NCBI GenBank assembly: GCA_964546765.1
Contig: CAZJKV010000002.1
Span: forward strand, 1,664-53,743
Length of the DNA stretch: 52,080 bases
From: an uncultured Chromatiales bacterium
GTDB taxonomy: Bacteria > Pseudomonadota > Gammaproteobacteria > SZUA-140
Reading direction: 5' to 3'
Shown here one piece after another: positions 17,616 through 25,356 of this stretch; positions within the stretch are counted from its first letter, which is position 1, and every line of letters starts with the position of its first letter. Made by a program: the position numbers and the translations under genes. The notes beneath the pieces are model-generated. The model saw nothing but the letters and a program-made list of their open reading frames with translations, had not been told where the DNA came from and did not search any database.

Positions 17616-17930
17616 ATGACCGTTACCTCTGTACCCGACATGACCCGGATGCGAGGCTCGGCCGCCGACGCGGTGGCCCTGTTACGCACCCTGGCCCACG
17701 AGGACCGCCTGCTTCTGCTGTGCAAACTCAGCGTCGAGGAGCTCTGTGTCAGCGAACTGGAGGCGCGGCTCGGCATCCGCCAGCCGAGCCTGTCGCAGCA
17801 GCTCGGCGTGCTGCGCCGTGAAGGACTGGTAGCCACGCGCCGCGACGGCAAGAACATCTACTATCGGGTTGCCGACCCGCGTGCGCTTGCGGTGCTGCAA
17901 TCGCTGTATAACCTGTATTGTCCCGACTGA
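17616..17930 (+). CDS. ArsR/SmtB-family transcriptional regulator (BigR/SqrR-like Cys arrangement)
   Basis: wHTH CVSELEARLGIRQPSLSQQLGVLRREGLV. Cysteines at residues 36, 44 and 102 of 104 (hand count): one at the recognition-helix region and one at the extreme C-terminus. Confidence 0.85.
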   Translation: MTVTSVPDMTRMRGSAADAVALLRTLAHEDRLLLLCKLSVEELCVSELEARLGIRQPSLSQQLGVLRREGLVATRRDGKNIYYRVADPRALAVLQSLYNLYCPD

Positions 17931-17942
17931 GGAGTAACGATC

Positions 17943-18380
17943 ATGACGATTGACTGGGCATCCTTTACGCCATGGAGCGCGCTGTCCGGCGGCATGCTGA
18001 TCGGCGTCGCGGCCGCGACCTTCGTATTGCTGAACGGGCGCATCGCCGGGATCAGCGGCATCGTCGGGGGCCTGCTGGGCGCGCGACCCGCCGGCGACAC
18101 CGGCTGGCGGATCGCGTTCATCATCGGTATCGTGCTGGCGCCGACTGTGTGGTTGTTGTTTCAGGCGCTGCCGGAGATCACGATCGAGGCCGGTTATCCG
18201 CTGCTGATCGCCGCCGGCCTGCTGGTCGGGATCAGCACCCGGTACGGCGCCGGTTGCACCAGCGGTCATGGCGTGTGCGGCATTTCACGCTTGTCGCCGC
18301 GCTCGTTTGTTGCAACGCTGCTGTTCATGGGCAGCGGGTTTGCGACCGTCTATGTCGTGCGTCACCTGATCGGAGGCTGA
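17943..18380 (+). CDS. YeeE/YedE-family half-size sulfur-compound transporter subunit
   Basis: Four-TM profile and the conserved GAGCTSGHGVCG motif. Confidence 0.8.
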   Translation: MTIDWASFTPWSALSGGMLIGVAAATFVLLNGRIAGISGIVGGLLGARPAGDTGWRIAFIIGIVLAPTVWLLFQALPEITIEAGYPLLIAAGLLVGISTRYGAGCTSGHGVCGISRLSPRSFVATLLFMGSGFATVYVVRHLIGG

Positions 18381-18384
18381 CATC

Positions 18385-18810
18385 ATGCAGACTCACCTGA
18401 TATCCGCATTCCTGGTCGGCCTGGTCTTCGGCATCGGCCTGCTGGTGTCCGGCATGGCGAATCCGGAGAAGGTGCTCGGATTCCTCGACCTCGCCGGCGC
18501 CTGGGATCCTTCGCTTGCGCTGGTCATGGGCGGCGCGGTCGGCGTCGGCCTCCTTGCGTTCACGGTCGCGCACAAGCGCGCGACCTCGATGCTCGGCGAA
18601 CCGATGCGCCTGCCCGAAAGGCGCGACATCGATGCGCACCTGGTGCTCGGCGGCCTCGGATTCGGCGTCGGCTGGGGTCTCGCGGGCTTCTGTCCGGGTC
18701 CGGCGCTGGTCGCATTCGGTGCATTCGAGGCCAAGGCGCTGGTCTTTGTTGTCGCGATGATCGCCGGCATGGCCCTGTATGAAGTGATCGAGCGCCGCCG
18801 CAGCGCATGA
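18385..18810 (+). CDS. YeeE/YedE-related half-size membrane protein (DUF6691-like)
   Basis: MANPEKVLGFLDL and GLAGFCPGPA motifs. Partner gene of the preceding half. Confidence 0.75.
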   Translation: MQTHLISAFLVGLVFGIGLLVSGMANPEKVLGFLDLAGAWDPSLALVMGGAVGVGLLAFTVAHKRATSMLGEPMRLPERRDIDAHLVLGGLGFGVGWGLAGFCPGPALVAFGAFEAKALVFVVAMIAGMALYEVIERRRSA

Positions 18811-20510
18811 AGTCGCGACTGATCCCCGGCTGGCTGCGCGATTATCGTCGCAACGACTTCGTCGGGGATCTGGTCGCCGGACTGATCGTTACGATGCTGC
18901 TGATCCCGCAGGGCCTCGCATTCGCGGCGCTCGCGGGCTTGCCGGCGCAGTACGGCCTCTACGCCAGTGTGTTGCCGCTGCTCGCGTACGCCGTGTTCGG
19001 CACGTCGATGGTGCTGTCGGTCGGACCGGTCGCGATTGCGTCGCTGATGACCGCCGCGGCGCTCGCTCCGATCGCCGTCGCCGGTTCGCCGGAATATATC
19101 GCCGCCGCCGCACTGCTGGCGCTGCTGTCCGGCTTCATGCTGTTCGCATTCGGCATGATGCGCCTCGGCATGCTGGCGCAGTTCCTGAGTCACCCCGTCA
19201 TCAGCGGCTTCATCACCGGTGCTGCATTACTGATCGTCATCGGTCAGATACGCCCCTTGCTCGGGATCCAGGTCGACGGACACAACGCGATAGATCTGTT
19301 ATTCGGCATCATCGCCTCGCTCGATGACACAGCCCCATTGACCGCGGCGATAGGTGTCGTGACGATCCTGCTGCTCGGACTCGCGCGCCTGGGCCTCTCG
19401 TCGATACTGGTGCACGCCGGTTTCTCCGAGCGGATCGCGGAGCTGATTACCCGGATGACGCCGATGGCCGTGGTGATCGGCGGCGCGGTGCTGGTCGCGC
19501 TGCTCGGCTGGGAAGAGCGTGTGCGCGTGGTCGGCGAACTGCCGCAGGGCTTGCCTTCGATGGTAATCCCGGCGTTCAATCTTTCTCTGATCGGACAGCT
19601 CTGGCTGCCGGCGCTCGTGATCGGTCTCGTCGGATTTGTCGAGAGCGTTGCGATCGCGCGCGGCTATGCCGTGCGCGGCGATCACCGTATCGATGCCGAC
19701 TCGGAATTGCGCGGCCTCGGCGCGGCGAACATCGCGAGCGGGTTTTCGGGTGCGTTCCCGGTGACCGGCGGCCTGTCGCGCACCGCAGTCAATGCCGAAG
19801 CCGGCGCACGCACCCCCCTTGCCGGCATCGTCGCGGCACTGCTGATCGCACTCGTGCTGCTCGCCGGCACCGGCCTGTTCCGGACCCTGCCCGAAACCGT
19901 GCTTGCGGCAACGATCATCGTCGTCGCGCTGGGTTTGGTCGATATCGCGATGCTGAAGCTCACCTGGCGTTATGACCGCGCCGAGGCACTCGCGCTGATC
20001 TTCACCGCGACCGGCGTGCTCGTATCCGGCGTCGAGGTCGGCATCGCGATCGGCATCGCCCTGTCGCTTGCGACGCTGATCTGGCGCGCGAGCCGCCCGC
20101 ACATCGCGGTGCTCGGACGTATCGACGGCACCGAGCATTTCCGCAATGTCGATCGCCACCATGTCGAGACCTGCGCGGAATTGCTGATGCTGCGCGTGGA
20201 CGAGAACCTGTTCTTCGGCAACGCCGAGGCGGTAGAGCACCGGATCGGCGAGGAACTCAACGTCCGGGCGGTGGTGTCCCACCTCGTCCTGGTGATGTCA
20301 TCGGTGAGCTATGTGGACGAGACCGCGCTCGAGATGCTCGAGCGCCTGAACCGGCGCCTGAAAGGGAAGGGGATTGCGCTGCATCTCGCCGAGGTCAAGG
20401 GCCCGGTGCTGGACGCCCTCGGCGGCACGGATCGCCTGATCGGCGATCTCGGCGGGACCGTGCACCTCTCGACGTGGGACGCCTACGTCAAACTCCGCTC
20501 ACCCGCCTGA
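18807..20510 (+). CDS. SulP-family anion transporter with C-terminal STAS domain
   Basis: N-terminal LVAGLIVTMLLIPQGLAFAALAGLP, many TM segments, and STAS-like LVLVMSSVSYVDETALEMLERLNRRLKGKGIALHLAEV. The start overlaps the upstream stop. Confidence 0.85.
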   Translation: MKSRLIPGWLRDYRRNDFVGDLVAGLIVTMLLIPQGLAFAALAGLPAQYGLYASVLPLLAYAVFGTSMVLSVGPVAIASLMTAAALAPIAVAGSPEYIAAAALLALLSGFMLFAFGMMRLGMLAQFLSHPVISGFITGAALLIVIGQIRPLLGIQVDGHNAIDLLFGIIASLDDTAPLTAAIGVVTILLLGLARLGLSSILVHAGFSERIAELITRMTPMAVVIGGAVLVALLGWEERVRVVGELPQGLPSMVIPAFNLSLIGQLWLPALVIGLVGFVESVAIARGYAVRGDHRIDADSELRGLGAANIASGFSGAFPVTGGLSRTAVNAEAGARTPLAGIVAALLIALVLLAGTGLFRTLPETVLAATIIVVALGLVDIAMLKLTWRYDRAEALALIFTATGVLVSGVEVGIAIGIALSLATLIWRASRPHIAVLGRIDGTEHFRNVDRHHVETCAELLMLRVDENLFFGNAEAVEHRIGEELNVRAVVSHLVLVMSSVSYVDETALEMLERLNRRLKGKGIALHLAEVKGPVLDALGGTDRLIGDLGGTVHLSTWDAYVKLRSPA

Positions 20511-21095
20511 TCGTACCGTCCTGACCCGTCCGTTCACTCGCCTGCCGGACCAGGCCTGCCAGCGCGCCCAAAGCCGCTCTACTGCGCGCCGGTGGGCGCG
20601 GACGAATTCAGGGTAATCGCTGTCGCAGACGCCTTTCTGGTAGCGGGGGTCGGGACGCGCGGTGACGATGACCGGCTCGTCGCCGAACTGGTCGGCGGTC
20701 AGGTCGATGATGCGGTCACAGGTCTCGACCCAGGCATGACTCTTCCACTCGTTGCCCGCATGGAAACCGAAATACGCCTGCGGCGCGTCGCCGGCACAGG
20801 GGCTGAGGGCATGGAGCACGCGCTTCAGGAACAGGCTCGATCGTCCGCAGGTCGACCGCGACAGGGGCGCGGGGATGTCGCCGCCGCTGCTGGTATGCCA
20901 CTCCAACCATGCCGGCTCGAGGAAGGCCCGCACCTGAAGGGCGATCAGGAACAGGCGGCGCTCCGTGGCCTCATCGCCCGAGCCCACGGCAGAAATGCCG
21001 GCTTGCTCCGCGCGCCGCGCCTTGCGGCCGCGGCGGCGTGGCAGCATCCCATTCTGGGAGATCCTGCCGGGCAAGTTGGCTGAGATCGAGTTCAT
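20499..21095 (-). CDS. Hypothetical protein with a transglutaminase/papain-like Cys-His-Asp pattern
   Basis: STCGRSSLFL ... SHAWVE ... IIDLTADQF appear in the order typical of transglutaminase-core cysteine peptidases. The N-terminus is basic. The minus strand is chosen over the Asp/Arg/Gly-rich plus-strand shadow ORF. Confidence 0.5.
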   Translation of the reverse strand: MNSISANLPGRISQNGMLPRRRGRKARRAEQAGISAVGSGDEATERRLFLIALQVRAFLEPAWLEWHTSSGGDIPAPLSRSTCGRSSLFLKRVLHALSPCAGDAPQAYFGFHAGNEWKSHAWVETCDRIIDLTADQFGDEPVIVTARPDPRYQKGVCDSDYPEFVRAHRRAVERLWARWQAWSGRRVNGRVRTVRSGG

Positions 21096-21208
21096 CGGCC
21101 TTGTCGGCTCCTGTTCATATAACGGCGCACGGCCTATTTAATAGGCTATGACCGTACTTGGCAAGGGAGGTTCGGGCCGGGGCGCGCCGGGCGGTGGCCG
21201 TGGTCGGG

Positions 21209-22081
21209 TCAGCCGGTGACGATTCCGGAGATCGGGTGCGTCGACGTCCCGGCGCTGAACTCGATCTCGTCGGGCAGGGTGACCTCGACGCCGATCGGCA
21301 GGTGATCCGACAGCGGGTGTTGCAGGACCTGGACCTCGTCGATACGGATCGAGGGCGAGACCAGCACATGGTCGATGTTCCGGTTTGGCCGCCAGCTGGG
21401 AAAGGTCGGCAGCTCGTCGACCGGCGGGCACAGGCCGGTGCAGTCGACCAGCATGTTCATCTCGTCGCTGCGTGTGCGGCAATTGAAATCGCCCATGACC
21501 ATGACATGCCGGTACTGGTTGACCAGGCGCGACATGTACAGGATCTGGCGCATGCGGGCGCGCTTGCTGAGCCCGAGGTGCACGAGCAGCATCACCAGCG
21601 GGTTCGCGGCATCGCCGTAATGGACCTCGATCAGGCCGCGGCCCGGAATCAGGCCCGGCAGCCGGTGCTCGATGAAATGCGTGGCGGAATAGCGGCTCAG
21701 CAGGCCGTTGCTGTTCTGCGCGAATTTTCCGAGATTGCGGTTGGTCTGGTAGTAGAAATGCGGGAAGTTGCCCCGCCGTGCAAGGAACTCGATCTGGTTG
21801 ATGAAGAGGCTGCGGAAACTGCCCGCGTCGGCCTCCTGCAGCGCGACGATGTCGAAGCCGTTCACCAGATCGGCGATACGGTCGAGGTTGCTGAAGCTCT
21901 CAGCATGCGGCAGCACGTGCTTCCAGCTGTGCGTCAGGTAGTGGCGGTAGCGTCGCGATGCGATACCGACCTGGATGTTGTAGGTGATCAGCTTCAGACG
22001 CCGGCCGGCGCCGGCCTCGATGACCGGTTCCGGCGCGTGATAGGCGGCGCCCGGATGGGCCGTTTTCAGGGGCAAACTCAT
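21209..22081 (-). CDS. Endonuclease/exonuclease/phosphatase (EEP) family protein
   Basis: LITYNIQ, VALQEAD, MGDFNC and LSDHLP motifs. The ATG at 22081 overlaps the upstream stop (ATGA). An alternative TTG start lies at 22090. Confidence 0.8.
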   Translation of the reverse strand: MSLPLKTAHPGAAYHAPEPVIEAGAGRRLKLITYNIQVGIASRRYRHYLTHSWKHVLPHAESFSNLDRIADLVNGFDIVALQEADAGSFRSLFINQIEFLARRGNFPHFYYQTNRNLGKFAQNSNGLLSRYSATHFIEHRLPGLIPGRGLIEVHYGDAANPLVMLLVHLGLSKRARMRQILYMSRLVNQYRHVMVMGDFNCRTRSDEMNMLVDCTGLCPPVDELPTFPSWRPNRNIDHVLVSPSIRIDEVQVLQHPLSDHLPIGVEVTLPDEIEFSAGTSTHPISGIVTG

Positions 22082-23709
22082 ATCGGGCAAACCATTTCTC
22101 CCAGTTTTGCCGTCAGCTTGAGATTCTCGCTGTAATCGACCGGGCAGTCGATGATGCTGACGGTATTATCGGCCAGCGCGGCCCTTAATGTAGGCAGCAG
22201 CTGTCCGGCCTCCTCGATACGATACCCTTTGGCGCCGAAGGATTCCGCGTATTGTACAAAATCCGGGTTGTTGAATCTGACATTGCTGCACCGCCCGAAG
22301 GTCTGGAGTTGTTTCCATTCTATCAGTCCGTAGCCGTTATCGTTCCATATCAATATCACGAAAGGCGTTTTCATCCGGAGCGCAGTCTCGATCTCCTGAG
22401 AATTCATCAGGAAACCGGCATCCCCGGTGACGGCGACGATGCCCTGGTTCGGCCGTGCGAGCCGGGCCGCGACCGCGCCTGGTACGGCAATCCCCATGCT
22501 CGCGAAGCCATTGGAGATGATGCAGGTGTTCGGGTGCTCGCAGCGGAACATGCGGGCCATCCACAGTTTGTGGGCGCCGACATCGCAGATCACGATGTCC
22601 TCGAGGTCCATGGCGGTGCGCAGATCCCAGATGATCTTCTGTGGCTTGAGCGGGAAGCTCCGGTCCTCGCGGTGCTGGTCCATTTCCTCGATCAGCGCCT
22701 CGCGCAGCGCGCGCATTCGGTGTCCCTGATGCGGGCTTGCAAGCTCGGCGATGCGCAGCAGACTGAGCTTGATGTCGCCGACGACGCCGACTTCGATACA
22801 GTAGCTTGCGTCGACCTCAGCCGGGTTCGCGGCGATATGGATGATCCGGCGGTCACGCGTCTTGTGCCACAGGTAGGGATGATACTCGACCAGGTCGTAG
22901 CCGATGCAAATGATGACATCGGCGTGGTCGAAGCCACAGTTGACGTAGTCCCGGGTCTGCAGGCCGACCGTTCCGAGCGCCATCGGATGCCTGAACGGGA
23001 TCACGCCCTTGGCCATGAAGGTGTTCGCGACCGGGATGTTGAGCCGTTCCGCGAAGGCGTCAAGCTGCTGCGAGGCCTTCGCGCGGATCACGCCGTTGCC
23101 GGCGAGGATGATCGGTGCGCGCGCGTTCGAGATCGCCTCGGCCGCGCGGCGCACGCTCTCGCCGGCCGGCTCCGGTGGCGTTGGCGAACTGACCGGCAGC
23201 GGTTCCGCGTCGATCTCCATCGATGCGATGTTTTCCGGGAATTCTATGAAGGTGGCGCCGGTGCGTTCCATCTGCGCGAGCTTGAACGCCTTGCGCGTGA
23301 CCTCCGGAATGATGTTCGGCGTCAGCAGGCGCGACGAATATTTGGTGATGTGCAGGAAGATCGTCTCGAGATCGAGGACCTGGTGCGACTCCTTATGCAG
23401 GCGGTTCGTGCTCGCCTGGCCAGCAATCGCGACCAGCGGTGCGTAGTCCATGTTCGCGTCGGCGACCGGGGTAATCAGGTTGGTCGCGCCGGGTCCGAGT
23501 GTCGACAGGCAGACGCCGGCGCGGCCGGTGAGCCGACCATAGACGTCGGCCATGAAGCCCGCGCCCTGTTCATGGCGAACGGTCACGAAACGGATCGATG
23601 ACTCGAGCAGCGCATCCATGAGCTCGAGATTTTCTTCGCCCGGCAGGCCGAAGATGTATTCGACGCCCTCGTTCTCGAGGCACTTGACGAAGAGCCCGGC
23701 GGCGTTCAT
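22078..23709 (-). CDS. Acetolactate synthase-like thiamine-diphosphate enzyme (large subunit type; no small subunit adjacent)
   Basis: N-terminal GVEYIFGLPGEENLELMDAL...RHEQGAGFMADVYGRLTG and the TPP motif TGDAGFLMNSQEIETA...WNDNGYG. Confidence 0.8.
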   Translation of the reverse strand: MNAAGLFVKCLENEGVEYIFGLPGEENLELMDALLESSIRFVTVRHEQGAGFMADVYGRLTGRAGVCLSTLGPGATNLITPVADANMDYAPLVAIAGQASTNRLHKESHQVLDLETIFLHITKYSSRLLTPNIIPEVTRKAFKLAQMERTGATFIEFPENIASMEIDAEPLPVSSPTPPEPAGESVRRAAEAISNARAPIILAGNGVIRAKASQQLDAFAERLNIPVANTFMAKGVIPFRHPMALGTVGLQTRDYVNCGFDHADVIICIGYDLVEYHPYLWHKTRDRRIIHIAANPAEVDASYCIEVGVVGDIKLSLLRIAELASPHQGHRMRALREALIEEMDQHREDRSFPLKPQKIIWDLRTAMDLEDIVICDVGAHKLWMARMFRCEHPNTCIISNGFASMGIAVPGAVAARLARPNQGIVAVTGDAGFLMNSQEIETALRMKTPFVILIWNDNGYGLIEWKQLQTFGRCSNVRFNNPDFVQYAESFGAKGYRIEEAGQLLPTLRAALADNTVSIIDCPVDYSENLKLTAKLGEMVCPI

Positions 23710-23731
23710 GTCTGCCTCGTCGTTGCGTCGT

Positions 23732-24379
23732 TCAGTGTTGCAGGGATGCCATTTCCTCGTTGACCAGAAAATCCATGACGTCGATTAGCGTCTCGAAGGT
23801 GCCCGTCATCGCAGGCCCGGTACGGTACTTGCCGTTGACGACGACGGCCGGCGTGCCGTCGATGCCGTAGCGCCGCGTCAGTTCGCGCGCGCGCTGGACC
23901 TTGCTGTTGATCGCAAAGGAGTTGAATGTCGAAAGGAATCTCTGCTTGTCGACACCGTGCTTCTCGAAGAAATCAGCGAGGTCCGCCTCACTGCGCAGCC
24001 GCTCCTTGCGGTTATGGATCGCGTCGAACAGGGCCTCGTGAATCCGTTCGGTGACACCGAGTGCCTCGGCCGTGTAGTAGGCGCGCGCATGGATGGCCCA
24101 GTTCTCGTTCAGGATCGCCGGCAGGCGGATGAAGGTGACATTGTTGTCCGTACCGAGCAGCCAGCGTTCGACGTAGGGCTGGAATCGATGGCAGTGGGGA
24201 CATCCGTACCAGAACACCTCGATGACCTCGATCTTTGCCGGATCGGCGGTTGGTTGTCCCGGGATAATCCGTTCATAGGCGATGTTTTCCTGGAATCTGG
24301 CGTTGCCGCCGGCCAGCACGAATGCCGGCAGCAGCAACAGCAGCAGGCCGGGGATTAGTCGGGACAGTTTCATTCTCAC
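23732..24379 (-). CDS. dsbA: Thiol:disulfide interchange protein DsbA
   Basis: Signal peptide plus FWYGCPHCHRF active site. Confidence 0.85.
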   Translation of the reverse strand: MRMKLSRLIPGLLLLLLPAFVLAGGNARFQENIAYERIIPGQPTADPAKIEVIEVFWYGCPHCHRFQPYVERWLLGTDNNVTFIRLPAILNENWAIHARAYYTAEALGVTERIHEALFDAIHNRKERLRSEADLADFFEKHGVDKQRFLSTFNSFAINSKVQRARELTRRYGIDGTPAVVVNGKYRTGPAMTGTFETLIDVMDFLVNEEMASLQH

Positions 24380-24502
24380 CTCGGATAGACCGGATTGATC
24401 GGGAAGCGCCGGCGCCGGGTCGTCCGCCGCCGCTGTGGTGTATCCCGATGATTATACTTTAATGTTAGAGTATTGCCCTACCGCCGAGTTCACCGATCGA
24501 TC

Positions 24503-25135
24503 ATGGAAATCCCGAACCCCTTCCAGCGCGCCGTCTTCCTGCAGGGCGCGCCGCTGAATGCCCCGCTGCCTGCCGATCGCGGCCTCGAGGCTGCCTTCGC
24601 CGGCCGCTCGAACTCCGGAAAATCCAGTGCGCTCAACACGCTGACCGGAAAGCGCGGCCTCGCGCGCACGAGCAGGACGCCAGGGCGCACCCAGCAGATC
24701 AATTTCTTCGACCTCGGCGACGACCGCCGCCTCGCGGACCTGCCGGGTTATGGATACGCGAAGGTACCGGAGTCCATTCGCCTGCAGTGGAAGCCGCTGA
24801 TCGAGCGCTATCTCGTGGAGCGCCGTTCGCTGAAGGGCCTGGTGCTGACCGTCGACTGCCGCAGGGATTTCGGCGAACTCGAGGCGATGATGCTCGACTG
24901 GTGCGACGAGACCGGCATGCCGGTGCATCTGCTGCTGACCAAGTCCGACAAGCTCAAGCGCGGTCCCGCGCACGCGGCCCTGCATCGCTGGCAGGCGTTG
25001 CTGGCTGCGCAACCGGGGCTCGATGCCGGGGTCCAGCTGTTCTCTTCGCTTACCCGCGTTGGCGTCGACGAGGCGCGAGAGCGGCTGGCGGCCTGGCTGG
25101 AGCTGGATTTTGGGCAAAAAAAGGCCCCAGTGTAG
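24503..25135 (+). CDS. engB: Ribosome biogenesis GTP-binding protein EngB/YihA
   Basis: GRSNSGKSSALN (G1), DLPGYG (G3), LTKSDK (G4). The ORF is open from 24473; I prefer the ATG at 24503. Confidence 0.85.
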   Translation: MEIPNPFQRAVFLQGAPLNAPLPADRGLEAAFAGRSNSGKSSALNTLTGKRGLARTSRTPGRTQQINFFDLGDDRRLADLPGYGYAKVPESIRLQWKPLIERYLVERRSLKGLVLTVDCRRDFGELEAMMLDWCDETGMPVHLLLTKSDKLKRGPAHAALHRWQALLAAQPGLDAGVQLFSSLTRVGVDEARERLAAWLELDFGQKKAPV

Positions 25136-25244
25136 AGAGAGGGAGGGAAAAGCTGGGGCCAACAAAGCCCGGCTTGGGGGTACCGGGTACTGTATCCCCG
25201 CAAGGGAGGTTGACGGGGAAATCCTGCGTAATTGCACCGATCTG
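25116..25244 (-). ncRNA. Candidate sRNA of about 130 nt in the polA-engB spacer (Spot 42/ErsA position)
   Basis: A sigmaE/AlgU-like promoter lies upstream. An 8-bp GC stem (25160-25153 / 25130-25123) followed by U7 (25122-25116) lies at the 3' end. There are two internal GC hairpins and no plausible ORF. The ends are estimates. Confidence 0.5.
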
Positions 25245-25249
25245 CTTAG

Positions 25250-25278
25250 TGAGACAGCGTACAATCCGAAAAAGTTCA
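25250..25278 (-). promoter_or_regulatory. SigmaE/AlgU-type promoter TGAACTT-N17-TCTCA
   Basis: The minus strand reads ccTTGAACTTtttcggattgtacgctgTCTCActaagca. The -35 element is at plus-strand coordinates 25278-25272 and the -10 at 25254-25250. Confidence 0.45.
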
Positions 25279-25356
25279 AGGCGCCGCGAAAAAATCACAT
25301 CATGGCCCTGAAACGAGCAAGAATACATGGGCTTGTTCCGGTGCGCAGGCGGCGGG

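Noticed and set aside
13344-21100. tRNA-Arg-adjacent genomic island hypothesis for the miscellaneous genes downstream
   Set aside because: I found no integrase or recombinase, no visible direct repeat of the tRNA 3' end, and GC content that looks native throughout.
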